A stretch of 64,000 bases of DNA from the human T2T-CHM13v2.0 reference genome, Homo sapiens. The notes beneath the pieces were generated by a model. It was not told where the DNA came from. It saw nothing but the letters and a program-made list of their open reading frames with translations, and did no database searches. Position numbers and translations under genes: made by a program. This document shows, one piece after another, positions 1 through 14,369 of the stretch. Location of the stretch: assembly GCF_009914755.1 (NCBI RefSeq), contig NC_060928.1; one strand, written 5' to 3'. The first letter of the stretch is position 1; every line of letters begins with the position of its first letter.

Positions 1-159
1 CAGGCGCCCACCACCAGCCTGGCTATTTTTTTTGTATTTTTAGTGGATTCGGGGTTTCACCATGTTAGCCAGGATGGTCTCTATCTCTTGACCTCGTGAT
101 CCACCCGCCTCCGCCTCCCAAAGTGCTGGTATTACAGGCGTGAGCCACCACGCCTGGCC
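1..159 (-). mobile_element. Alu (AluSc/AluY-like), left arm and linker, cut by the window edge
   Basis: Reverse-complement Alu: TTTTGTATTTTTAGT...CATGTTAGCCAGGATGGTCTC...CTCCCAAAGTGCTGG.ATTACAGGCGTGAGCCACC. Confidence 0.96.
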
Positions 160-864
160 TCAAAGACTTTCTTAAAAAATGAATTGCTATAGAACTACTC
201 TGGTAGGTAATAGACATTACACAGTGCTTGTAGAGCTGGGATAATCACAAGAATAAATGAGGCCTATTTTCCATTTTTGTCATATGGCATCTGATATTCA
301 GAGAGGTTGAAATTACAGACTCAAAGTAATGAAGTTTTTTACAACAGGAGAATGACATCAATATCCTGATAACTCATTTGTTCTTTTTTAATACTCAATT
401 CAAGGAAAATACAATTTAAGTTTTCCTTTGAAATATGACTAGAATAGAGAATGCTCTAACCACTATCTGCTACTCCATGTCAATGTATATGAAAATATCC
501 TGCTTTAGATGGATTAAGTATGTGCCAGAATGTTTTTATACACTTTGATAAGAATATAAAGTGTCATTTTTAAAATTCTTTAATTTAAATAATGTTGTCT
601 GTGACATTGTAGATGGTTTCAGGAATATCAAAGTAAATACAAAGCCATGTGTATATCAATTAATGACTCTCAGGTCCACTTGTCCACAAAGAATGTTCAT
701 CAAGTGCCTAACTCTAATGTTAGTAAGGTTTTAATTAGGTAGGAGAAAACTAAAGCTATATTTATAGATTTGACTTTGTCCTACCTCAGGAACGAGAATT
801 GGCTAGGCTATCTTGAAGTCTAAAATAATTTTTAGCTATTGGTGCAGGGAATTTCTCTAGGTGA

Positions 865-1140
865 TCGAAATCAGAAGAGTGGCTGCTGCTGCAGGTAGAG
901 GGTCAGGAATTGACTGGCAATGGCCATGGAGGAACATGTTTATGGTCTACCGCTAAGTGAATAAAAAGAGAACAAATAACACCAAAGTTTAATCTCATTT
1001 GTGCATTAATAATATTGATAGAGGTTATGCTGGAAGGACACACCAAATGTATACTAGCAGTTATCACTCTATCATGGAATTGAGGTGATTAAAATTTGTA
1101 TCAAGTTTTTCTCAATTATTTTCTAATGTTTCCATTATGT
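865..1140 (+). mobile_element. Old L1ME-type 3' UTR fragments
   Basis: GAAATCAGAAGAGTGGCTGC...GGAATTGACTGG resembles L1ME 3' ends; highly diverged. Confidence 0.45.
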
Positions 1141-3009
1141 ATATCATCTGCTAATGTCCTAAAGGGGAAAAAGGAAAAATCTGGGTAAATTTCAATATGG
1201 TCAAACTTTTTCTTTTATTTTTGTGATATTAAGCAATTACTTTAAAATATCCACAGACTTTGACAGAGTATAAAACATGATTAGATTTCCAGCAGCAGCT
1301 CATGTGGCTGAGAATAACACAAAAGTCATAATTGACCTTCAGACTAGAACTGAATGCCAGAAGAAATGTTCATCAAAGAAGAAATCCTGTAAAGAAAAAT
1401 CAGGACCAGTAGCCAAAGAAAATTTTAGCTACCCAAACATTCCAGCCTGGGCTCATTCCAGAGGCACAACTATATAATACCTTGAAGTAAATCTGTAGCA
1501 TTGGTCTTCTATCATGTAATTAAAGCTTTATTGACAGTGTCTTTGCTTTTAAATTATTTAAATAGATATAAGACATAGCCTTTAGCTTTTTATAGTCTCC
1601 CTTTTTGTGCACTTACGTCATTTTTTACTAGATTCTGCCAATATAAACCTCTATCCTTTGCCAATGTGATCAGTAATCTAGTGGCCAACAGAATAGAAGT
1701 GGAAGCATGTGGTGCCTGCATCTGACTTAAATAATAAGTGGTATATATTGACAATGACTGACTTTAAGCCAATTGAGCTTATATGTTGAGAAGAAGAAGT
1801 TGAATAGAAAGCTAATTGATTGCATTAGTTACTCTTAACTACATTTGTCAAGTTAACTGCAAGAATTCTCTGCTAATATGGGGAAATAAATATAATAAAA
1901 ACAAAATAAGGGAGTCCAGAAATGTTGAGACTTTCAAGTTTGGCAGAAGTAACTGCTTCTCATCTGTAGTCAAGAAATAAAAAGCATCAAACAGAAAAGA
2001 CCTTTGAGCAACAAAGGCCAAATAGACTCACTGTTGCCGCAAGGATCAAGTCAAGGGCGTTCCTGCTGCATGCATTCTTAAGAGTTCTGACTTGATTTAG
2101 GTGTCTCAGATCAAAGACTCAATTCCGGTTTGACTACCAGTAAATTCTCTCTATTGGACAAAATGACTCAGAAAACACAAATAAAAAATAGGTGTCTCCA
2201 GAGAAACTTGACATGCTTAAAATACAAATAATTAAGACAAGAGGGCAAGGCAGACAGAGTCAAAAAAGCAAAGATTTGTCACGAATGTAAGAAGTGTGCA
2301 TAGAAACGAAATGTGGATGAAGCTGTCGGTACTTGTGGCTGATTGAATCATATTGCTAGGAAGCCTACTATGTTTTAAAGACACAATTATGGCTTAGACT
2401 GAAAAAAAAAATCTGTGAATGTTTAGGACAAGAATATACAAAAGTACCAGAAATACCAAGACCAGAAATATGAGAACTCTACTTTTCAAGATCCCCAATC
2501 TTCTAAGGGCGGGAAGCAAGTTAAGAAAAAACTGCTAAATTTCCAAAAAGGGTATGATTTCTGCTGGGTCTTTACCTGAGAATTGGTAGAAAAATGAAGG
2601 GGAGAGAGTTACCCAGAGAACGGAAAGAAGCAGCACAGAGAAAAATGTACTGAACGTCTCCTCACAATAGCTATCCATGTGGATTTCAGAATTGACACAC
2701 AGATCTTTCTTTCTGAATGGGGGTCTTTGCTGAGATTAGACAGTTCCCTGGACATGCTGCATAATTTATCTATTTAATTTATGAATGTCTGAATCAAGAA
2801 AAACTACATAGGTATTTAGGATAAAGAGGCTAATATAAACAATATTCTGACAGAGATATCAAGAAGCACAACATGTATCTTGGATGACATCATGCATGAT
2901 GCCAGGAGCAGATGGGGATTCCACGATGCCTCCATTGGAAAGAGCTACTTGCCTTTTTTTTATGTGGAGTAAAGTGAGAACCAAGTATTTGGTGAAAAGA
3001 GACGTGGAG

Positions 3010-3355
3010 TGTTAAAACCATTATTCTACTCACCATTCAGTAGTCCCAAATCTGGGAATAAGAGGAATTATATTTCCAGATCCACTTTTAATTGAGTGGG
3101 ACCAAGTTACTAGTTCTGTCCAATAAGCCGTGGGCAGAAAACAAGGTCGGATGTCAACTCTAAAAGTCATTTTTTAATTTACAAGTCAGTGCTTTTCAGA
3201 TATTTTTTTCCTTCTGGCATAATGAAAAGCATTCGGCATAGTTCTATAGGTTTGAGTCATTATTTAGCTAATTAAGCAAAGCAAACTTCATAAAAATTTC
3301 TATTTGCCTCCAAATGTGTGAGAACTCAAAATGTTATTGGTTTGTGTCACTCAAG
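3010..3355 (+). mobile_element. Old MaLR LTR fragment (MLT1I/J-like)
   Basis: GGAATTATATTTCCAG...GGGACCAAGTTACTAGTTCTGTCCAATAAGCCGTGGGCAGAA resembles the MLT1I/J core. Confidence 0.55.
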
Positions 3356-3384
3356 TTTTTTTTTTTTTTTTTTTTACTCCTTTC

Positions 3385-3848
<464 letters not shown>

Positions 3849-4199
3849 TTTTTTTTTTTTTTTAATGCTTTTAACTTACTTTACCTTGAGGGATATCTAA
3901 TCCTCTCAAATACTTTAAATACAACAGTAACTACAGCACACATCTATTATTCATTCTGAAGGCCCTCTCTCTCCCCCAATCATATTCTTGTTATAAAAAC
4001 TGCTATTGGCCACATATACTTTATCTATGTGTAGACTTCTATTCAAAGCGCGGGAAGTCATGCTTTCTATCCCTGCCCTGCTATAGCCCAGAGGTACAAT
4101 TTTGGAACAATCAGTGTCTTCTCCAAAACTTTTTTGTTTTTTAATTGAAATGGTTAACAAGTCATTCTTCAGAGGCAAAAGGAGCTATTTGAAGCCAAA

Positions 4200-4440
4200 C
4201 TTACCTCTTGTTGAGAAAACCTGACTTTAATGACGCAAAGGAGGGCACCGAGAAAACAAAACCAGACAGGAAAAATGACAAAAACATTCTTTTGGTTCTC
4301 AAGCCTTTGTTCCTAGTTCTTCTTGAGGAATAGTCTGCCTTTCCTGTGATTTGAAATCATAATTGAATTTTTTTAATTTATGAGATTCTACTTTCCTAAG
4401 GCAGTTCCAGTTTTGATTCTGTTACTAATACCAAAGAATT
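4200..4440 (+). mobile_element. Degraded ERVL/MaLR LTR 3' fragment
   Basis: TTCCTAAGGCAGTTCCAGTTTTGATTCTGTTACT resembles old MLT1/LTR33 3' termini. Confidence 0.35.
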
Positions 4441-4871
4441 ATAAAATCATATATGCAAAAGCCCATGTTATTAGATTTTCAATCATACTTTTTTTGGTTT
4501 CTATTTTTTTTCCTTTAACTTCTATGTGTTCAGATACTTAATCAGCAAATTTCATATTTTGTCATGCTCTATTAAATTTAAAATAGAATACTGTGTGACT
4601 ACTCAGAGAAGAGAATCTTCTGAAATGTTTGAAAATGCAATTGATCTTTAAATGTTCACGTGACAAAGAAGGAGATTGGTTAAGTTAACAAAATCATGAA
4701 TCAGTTCTTACTATGGAAAGGTCCAATGGTAAGATGTCTAACAGTTTTTATTGGAATATTTAATTAAAAGTGCACCATCAAATAGGGCTCAAAGATCTAT
4801 TATTGAAAATACACTTTTATTGAAACAGAAATCATTAAACTTGAATTTCTCCTTTATATGATTGTCATGGT

Positions 4872-5565
4872 TGAAACTGCCTTTGCAAAAATGGTATCAG
4901 TGAGAAAATTATGGCAACAGGAAAGATCTGATCTAGCCAACTTCTGTCTCTTCCTTTTAGCTTTCATGCTGCTTTAATTATTCCTAGGCTTAGGCCAAGA
5001 TAACTTTGGAAGACATTTAAGTTACAGTTTAAATAATAATAGCTGTTCCCTAAAAAGCCACAACCTTTGTAAAGCTAATGAGAGACCACCAGGCTAGAGG
5101 GAGAAGAGGAGCCTGATTTCTGTTAATGTACAGTAGGCATAAAGGATTGCCAGTCATTATTCTGGAGGTCCTGCAGATAGCATCACTATTGTACAATGGC
5201 TTGTAAAGGAATCTTTTCAGAGTTGTTGGCATGTCTGACACCCATGGCTCTAGGACCCATTGGAACCAATGGCTCATCTGGCCGCACCCAGAAATGATTC
5301 TGAATACAGGAGGACCATTTCACGCACCTCTTCGGTTGCACTCCAAAAAATTAGTGGCAAGCACCCATTTCCTAGCCATCCCCACCCCTTCCCCAAACTG
5401 ACTTTGAGAAACCCCTAGCCTACCAGCTTCGATGAAATTGATTTGACTAATGATGCTGTCTCCCACGTGACATGGCTAGCCTTGCATCAATTAAACACTT
5501 TCTTTAACGCAATGCCATAGTCTTTATTTATGCAGCAGTCGGGAAGAATCCCAAGGGTGGTTATA
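4872..5565 (+). mobile_element. Solo LTR8A/LTR8B-like LTR (ERV1, MER4 group)
   Basis: Starts TGAAACTGCCTTTGCAAAAAT..CAGTGAGAAAATTATG; contains GTAAAGCTAATGAGAGACCACCAGG; ends GGGTGGTTATA; flanks TGGT and TGTT may be a 4-bp TSD. Confidence 0.88.
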
Positions 5566-6268
5566 TGTTCAACAATGAGGAACAAGTTAAATTAAAACAA
5601 AACAAAACAAAAAAAACCTTACGCTATTAGTAATTGTATTTCAATTTGAGGATAGAATATATGGATTTTCTCGTAAGAAAATACACTTACTATACTTTGC
5701 ATTGCTTTTGAGTTATAGAGTGTAAAATATAACAAATTGCATATAGATTTAACCTAAGATTTTATGGATAAAAAACCTTGTACCCAGCTGATTAGAAGTA
5801 TATTGCTTAAAAACAAAATTTTAAATAAGCTGAGCCTGTTAAATTTGAATTCACTTGATTTATTTTCTCCCTTACTCTCCTGTGTGGTGAAATGAAACCG
5901 TTCAAAAGACACTTTGATGACTTGAACCAAATGGAGAATCTTTATTTTATTTGCTAGAAAGAGTATTTATGCTTCAAATGTAATGGTTCCTGAACTATTC
6001 TCCAATTACGATTTAGTTACTATAATTTTGGGAAGAATAATTGTAAATTTATTGTGTGTATGTATAGTAGAGCAGTAAGCCTATACAACAAACGTTTTAT
6101 CCCTTTAGTTTGAAAGTTTAAACTCAGACTGGATGTTACTTTGACCAAGCCCAACTGTATATTGTGCTTGACTAGTAGTATTTCTCCGGAGATGTATTTA
6201 TCTATTAAATATTCATCCTTTCCTTGGTTTTTATTATAATCCAATATTAGCCTTTTATTATGAGACTT

Positions 6269-6312
6269 CTATATATATATATATATATACACATACACAC
6301 AGATACATATAT
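6269..6312. repeat. (TA)n/(CA)n microsatellite
   Basis: TATATATATATATATATATACACATACACAC. Confidence 0.9.
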
Positions 6313-6390
6313 AGCTTATATAAGGTATATATGATAAATGACTTAGCATCATCTTTTTTTGAAGAATCCCCATTAATTTTGAAATGTCAC

Positions 6391-6690
6391 TTTTTTAAAA
6401 TAAATATTATTGTATATATTGTGTGTATTTGTCATGGAATACATAGATATTAAAATGGCTATTATAATGAAGCAGATTAATATGTCTATCATCTCACATG
6501 TGATAGATGACAAGAGCAGCTAAAATCTACTTATTTAACAAAAAATGACCTAATAGAATGCAGTTTTGTCCACTTTAGTCGCCCTGTTGTACATTAGATT
6601 TCTAGACTTGTTCACCCTGTATATCTGCTATTTTTTCTTCTTGGACCTACGTTTCTTTACCCACCTCCCCATGGTAACCACTGTTTCATT
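6391..6690 (-). mobile_element. L1MA-family 3' end, 5'-truncated
   Basis: GACAAGAGCAGCTAAAATCTACTTATTTAAC...TGTTGTACATTAGATTTCTAGACTTGTTCA...GGTAACCACTGTT; AATGTCA on both flanks may be a TSD. Confidence 0.75.
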
Positions 6691-7940
6691 AATGTCATAT
6701 TCTTGAATGCATAATCCCCACTATGCATTTTAATAGCAAGAACATGAATGAAATGCACATAATAACAGAAGAGATTATTCTAAAAACTGGATTGTAGGGT
6801 GGATATCCTAAAAACGTATTGTAAGGGACATCTTCAGAGAACGCATTGAAATCGTCAAATAATCATATGCACTAACAGTGGATAAGCACACTTAGAAAGA
6901 GTGATAATAAATCCATCCTCTGCACATCCCAGAAACCTGCCATGAATATTATTTGAGGTCTTGAAGATGAAGAAATTATGTAAGGATAGTCAAATATATG
7001 TCAGATTTCAAGGAATATAAGCATGAAAATGTGATTAGATAATGTAAGTTACATGAGTAATTTGAAAAGTCAGTCTAATCGTACTGTCCTAGCAAATAAT
7101 CACTGAATAGAGGGTTGCATTCACACCTTTCTTAAAGGGACAAGTTATTAGCTATAATTGGCACAGTGTGAGCTTCAATAAACCTTTAACTACTTGTGAA
7201 ATACCTTCTTATCCCCACCTACAAATCCTTTCATTAACTCGTGGCTATAATGAATCAAGGAGCTAATTATTAGCGGCTGTGTGGCAACTGGGATGCCACT
7301 GTTATTAGAGGAACATGGAGTGCAAAGACTTCTCACTAATAAAGAAATACATCTTTTTATCTGTTCTGGCACTGAACAAGAGAAGGACAATCAACTCAGG
7401 ATTGCCTCTGATAATACTGACCTTGCAGCTTGCATTCTGTGGATTTAGAGCATGGATGGTAATTTAGAACACAAGTCCTTTACTAAAAATACAGAGACAA
7501 TAAGGGCATAAAAAGCAAATGTCCTATTATCACATACTTAGTCATGACAGATTCAGAAATAGAAATTGCAGTTTCTGAATCCAGGATTGGAGGTCTTTCT
7601 CATACATTTTGCTACCTTGATAGACCCTTACCTATTGATCCTCCTATGCAATATCAAGTCATTCAATATTTGTTGATTCAATATATGATGTTTGAATACC
7701 ACTGTGTGTCTCTCAAGTATCCTTTTTCCTTTTCGATTTACTTCAGAAAACAGTAAAGTTATAATCAGGAAAATACATATTTTTTAGAATTCTAATTTAT
7801 CAAAATTCTTGAATGTAAATGTTTAAATGCTATACACACACAACACACACGCTCATACACATATTTAGATATAAATATATAAATATGTAGGAAGACTAGA
7901 TGGTAGATCTTAGATACACAGATAGATGGATGATGATAGT

Positions 7941-8019
7941 TTAAGTTGGTGCAAAAGTAATTGTAGTTTTGCTATTAAAAGTGATGTCAAAAACCGCAAT
8001 AACTTTTGCATCAACCTAG
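7941..8019. mobile_element. MADE1 (Hsmar1-derived MITE)
   Basis: About 80-bp palindrome TTAAGTTGGTGCAAAAGTAATTG...AAAAACCGCAATAACTTTTGCATCAACCTAG. Confidence 0.93.
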
Positions 8020-8230
8020 TATTCTGATTGATAATACTCTTTATTTGTGTACTTTTATGTATTCATTTATTCATTCAATGTGAATATTTAATATGTTCCT
8101 ACATTCTGTTAGTTAAGATGTGGTGATGAATAATATTATTATTATGTACCCTACCTATAACTTTTAATAAATTTATAATAAATGACACTTATTTTAAGTC
8201 CTTGACAATTTATTGATGACAATTTACCAG

Positions 8231-8272
8231 ACACACACACACACACACACACACAGACACACACACACTCAC
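8231..8272. repeat. (CA)n microsatellite
   Basis: Long AC run with one AG interruption. Confidence 0.95.
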
Positions 8273-10239
8273 AGTGCAGTCATTGTTAGATAGAGGCATG
8301 TATCCAGAACTAGAATACTGAACTGTTTTAAATGAGGTGCATAAAAGAGAAAAACTGTACTGGTAAACAGAAGTATTATACATAATATTTAATAGCAATT
8401 CTGTTTGTATTTGTAGACTTTTTTTAGAACTCTTGTAAAGTATAACCATTTAAAAAGTTAGAGCAATAGGATCAACTCTTTTCAGAGCTACAATTGATGG
8501 AAAAGAAATGGAAGTACATCATGCCAGTAGAATATTTCCTTTCAGAACAGAAAGTTTAAAAGGATAAGCAAGATTCACAGATTCTTAATCTCCCCTCCTA
8601 AATAAAGTAATGATGAGATAATTTGGGAATATTGAACATGGGGGTAGGGGAAAGACTCTAAATAGTTTGAGTTTGCTAACTGCATCACCATGAAGCAGCA
8701 GGGATGCTGCCAGGGTGCTCACAGGGATAATTATCACCTGGGAGGGAGCAGTACTTCCGGAAATGATGTTCATCATCAGATAAAAGGGGAGGGCCTATCA
8801 CAAGCATTCTATGCCAAGGTATAAAGCTTTTTTTTTCCAGAAGGAGTGGTTATGAATTAAGACCCTCTGCTGTTCAAATAATTAGGATTTGTGGTGTTTA
8901 AGAATTACCTCCATTAGAGAAGTAAAATGGTATTAATAGTGTGGCTGCAAGCTGTGAAATATAGAAACATTACTTCCTAAGACAGCTGTTCAACTGCTGT
9001 TAGAATATGCAAACTTCCCTAGAAAAAGATTTTTTTTTCTAGTCAATCAGTGTGTGGATAGCAATCAACAATAATGAAAAGAAATAACAGCTCCATAGAA
9101 ATGAGAGTCTTTTGAGCTATTGAAACAATTATGATACAATCTACATGACTAAGGGAACAGAGAATCATTTGGGTATCAAGATATCAAAAAAGTGGGAATG
9201 AAGAGATCAACCCACAAAGGTGTATTAATTGAATGATAAAGAAAGCAGTAATTCACAAGCTAAGTTCACCCGTGAAGAAAAGTCTTCTGATTCATTGGAG
9301 AAACAGCAAGTTTTAACATAATTCTTATAGGAATAAATATGTGGATAAATGAAAATAAGTTTTGTTAATTCAGCCATCAAAAACATCAACTGGACCTTCC
9401 ATGAAAAGCTTGTAGCTTACTAAACAAATATGATGATATATAAATATTTAAATTAATAATTATACTTGGTTATTTGCCTATGATGACAAACTGGGGGATA
9501 GAAAAAATACCACGAGAATCTAAATTTCAAACTTGTTAAAATACTTAACTATTTTCCAACTTTTCAAGATACTCAACATAATCCATATGTGATTTTTTAG
9601 GAAGGCTCTCAATGACTGCAGTATTTTGTTAAGGGAGGAAGAATATCAACTGTATTAGATTAAAAGGATACATTTCAATATGTTAAATTTCAAATATGTA
9701 TAAAATTATTATAAAATAGAATTTTTTTGCAAAAACTTCAGTAAATGATACAGTTGAACTTTTTTGTTGTGAGTAACCTATAAATTCAAATATATATAAA
9801 TTCCTTGGAAAAGAATTCCAAATATAAAATTTAAATACAAACACAAACACACACACAAGCCTGTATATATTTAGATTTCATGTGTGTATGTGTGTGTATA
9901 ATATATATATGTATATATGAAGACATGTGAGGACACATCTGAGTTCATGTGTATACGCACACACACAAGGATAGTAGACAAAGGGAAAAAAGTCTATGAA
10001 AAGCTAGAAATTTCACAAGGGCTAAAGGGAAGTTATAACTGGAAAGAGAAAACAAGCCTAAACACCTTAGAAAAGGCAAGGGAAATGAGGAAAAAGGCAC
10101 AGTAGAATCTCAAAAATTTGGACAAAAGGTTGTGGACGAATAGGCTAGATAGGTTATGGTGTGCTCTGGAGAGAATATGGGGAGCTGCCGTCAGTAAGGC
10201 ATATTTTGAAGAGAGCCCAGGCCCAGGTTGGCTTTTTGA

Positions 10240-10675
<436 letters not shown>

Positions 10676-13600
10676 TCCTTATGCAATTTGAAGACTCAGT
10701 TTCTTCATTTGAAAATAACAACTTTGAAGTACATGGCTAAGGAACTGGTATGCTTAACAGGTATACGTTTTCATTTCTATTACTATAAGAAACTGGTATG
10801 CTTGAAGGTACAAATTTTCATTTCTATTTTTGGCACAGAATAAAATATTTTTCTCTCAAAGCCTGATATAATCTATTAATATTTCTGACTATGTGTAGAT
10901 ACATTTAATTAGTACATAACTGTCTAAAATAAAGCAATCTACAAGTACAGAAATATTTTTAGTCACCTGCAGAGAATGTCACCAATAAAATAACACATGA
11001 GATTGGATATCTGCAGTGTTACTTGTGAATAAATGAATGCTTATGAAGCAAGGGCACTTCACAAGTATCTTAAAAAAATAGGGTACATTCTCAGCAAGAT
11101 TTCACTTGAAGGTAGTATAGTAAATCAACTCTAAACTATACTTGGGTATTTGCATATGCCTGAAAGAGCCTTTTCTTAATGCTATGATTATATTTTACAT
11201 AAAAATAAAGAATAAAATAAAATATAAAAACTAGCATTTGCCATTATTTATTATATTTTCTTTGGTTCCAAGTCATATTTATTTGACAGCTTTTTTTTTA
11301 ATGTATTATTTTCTAAAGAAGAATGTTCCTTTCCAGGCTACGGCTACTTAAGTTCTCATTTCCACAGTCTTTATAATACATTTCTCAAAGTAATCCCTTT
11401 CTGTGCCCTGATTCTTCCACTTTATGTAGTGATTTGCATTTATTTATTTATTTACTATTTTGATTTTTCAAAAATCTTAATAACTGGAACAGAAATATTG
11501 AATTACAGATATAAATCGACTAGTTAAAAGAAAATGTCTCCAATTATAAATGATGAAATCAACATTCTCATGTATGTTTCAGACTTTCATAAATTTAATA
11601 GTGTGAATTCTGCTTCCAATGTCCTATTTGGACAAAAAAAACAAAAGGTAAATTGTTTATGGACCTACAAAATACAACTATAAATAAAGCAACCCAACCA
11701 GCCAGCCTATTTACTCTCATTTTAAATATATAGATATATTCATTTTATTTATTGGAATTTTTTTTCTTAGATATCTGGTTTTAGGTTTTGAGTCTTTTTA
11801 TTTAAGTGTGCAGTGTCAACAAAATGCAGGGTTACTTACCAGTTGGCTTATACTGGTTGTCACAGCCAATGGCTGTGTTACGTGAGCCAGAGTCTAATCT
11901 GATTGGTTGGAGCCAGTGGCCCTTCAGGTTGCTAAAGACCATGCTGATTTTCCACCTTAAGATATTAGTATGTAAATAGAATTTATAAGGGCATAATTCA
12001 GGTGATGATTTTTTATTCACTTAAAATTTTTTTTAAATAGCACACGTAGTATATGCTTAATAAATAATTACTTTACTGAATATTTGCCTACTTTTAATTT
12101 TTAGTGTGTGAATATATATGCTAAAACTATTTGCATGTCTTAATAGTGGAAAATGACTATGAGATAGCTTTTTATTATTTATTTTTTATTTTTTAGAACT
12201 ATATCCATAAGCACCCACTTAATTGAGAATATACAGTCCCAATTTATATTATCTACACCAACTTTGATGTACATGTCAGGTTTTTTCAAGTATGGGTTTG
12301 ATTTTGTTTGTCTGATTTTATGTACTTGATCACAGAGTTTAGACATGACCACTCCCTTTATTTTGAACATCATGCACATTATATTGTTATATATGAAAAA
12401 TGTTATCTTTTCAGTCATGATTTTCTGTCTGTGTTTGGAGGAATTATTCCATGCTTCTGGCCTTATGACCTCTTGTAAGATTATTAAATTCTACAAAACT
12501 ACAAAAATCAGCTGTACTTAGAAAAACAATTTTTCTCAACTACACACATTAATCTGTTTCACTGGGGATGTTCATGTTGATCCAAATATGTATAACTAAA
12601 TAATTCCATGCACATTGTAGCAAAAGCTACCCTATCTGTGTGAATGAAATCTCTTAAGGTCAAGGAAAATCATTTAGAACTTGTCAAAGTACAAAGAGAA
12701 AGAAGAAATAATCATAAAGCAAAGAGATTTCTTTTCCAGATATATTTTTTGCAAACATCCCTCTGAATGTATTATTAGTATTTTATCTGAACTCACTTTA
12801 TGTTAAAGCAAATGTTTCTTTTCAATTAGAAGAGTTGGAAACAAATTATTTTTTCTTAAAAATAAAAATCCAACATGGAAACTTTTATTATATTTAGGAC
12901 TTTTCAAGCCCTTTGTTTTTCTTTGTGTTTCACTTTCAAGAAACATTTATACATATATAGAATATTTTCTATATATGTGTAACTTTATATTCTAACTATT
13001 TTTGCTTCTTACTATAGATTTTATGCCTATTCATGCATTCAATAGCAACCCTACTTCATGAAGATATAAATGTTTAATGGAAATTCAAATCACAGCTTCA
13101 ATTTTCCATCTCTTTTAAAGACTTCTGATTTTCTATTACTATTTAAAAGGTTAAATTAACTTTAAATTTGCATTTCACAATACATCTGCAATGCTGATAT
13201 TTAGCATTATAAAATCACAGAAAACATAATAGGTAAGTAATTATATAAGTGAGAAAGGTTAATAAAAATATTGATGAAACAAACAGCAATAACTTCAAAG
13301 TTTAACAAGTAACTCTATGAAGAAATGATACACTTCACTAAGAATCATTCAAACTTGTTAACTGAAACATCTGTTACTAGATCTAGTTATTTGCTTTCGC
13401 AACTGATAAAATCCCTCTATAACAAAAGTAACTACATAAAAATACATTTTAACTATATTTATCTCTAAGATTTTAATTCTTCAACGAAGGAGATATCTTT
13501 ATTATCTTTCCTTCACCATTTAAACAGGAAACTGAAGATGTCTTCATGTAAGGTGATTCATTAAAATACTAGTGGCTGACTAAATATAAGCTATATTATT

Positions 13601-13789
13601 TGGTTAAAAAGTAGTATTTCCATTAATTCATTGCGCTGTAATTTCTACAAATTAATATTCTTATATTATACCTTGTATAATATTCTCATATACATACCTT
13701 GTAATTTTGTGTCCTTTTAAACCTACATGTTCCTAAATCTGTGAACATGTTTTATTCCTTTTACTTCTTATTTGCAAACTGGCCAGTTA

Positions 13790-14335
13790 TTTTCTGAGTC
13801 CCTATTTTTCCCAGTATTACAAAAGCATCAATTGCATTCATCAAGTAGCATCATCACTGTTTCTGAACTTGACCTCTAGAGCTGGAAATTTCTTTGTTCA
13901 AGTGACCGCAAGCCCTAATTTCACCAAATATTGTCTTCTTATCTAACATGGTAGCCATTTTTCCAGTCTGTGGTAATTTCTTCTCTGGTCACCAACTGGC
14001 CACTTTGCCTCATATTTTAGGTCACACATTTAGGTTATGGTAGCACATCAATTCTAGACACGAAATTCTGCATTAGTTAGGTTAATGTAGATTGTACTTC
14101 ACTGACATCCAACCACAATTCATTTTGACTAAAACAGTTGTTCATTTTCTTTACTCAACATGACTAACATTAGCAAAGGGGTCATACTCATCTTAGGGAA
14201 CAAAGGCTGGCATAGGTATCATATGTCCATGATGCCTCTTAAACTATCATAATAAGGAGTAAAGAATGTTATATCACACATAACTACAAAAAACTGATAA
14301 GTGCAAATCAACTATAAGCACAGGAAGAAGGAGAA
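13790..14335 (-). mobile_element. Old MaLR remnant: internal segment followed by an MLT1 LTR
   Basis: CACATTTAGGTTATGGTAGCACATCAATTCTAGACACGAAATTC resembles the MaLR internal/LTR junction; LTR-like sequence follows. Confidence 0.45.
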
Positions 14336-14369
14336 GTGAACTGATTACAAACAGCTTTAGTGTTAATCA

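Noticed and set aside
1277-1477. 66-aa lysine-rich ATG ORF
   Set aside because: No recognisable domain or exon context; this length is expected by chance in 64 kb.
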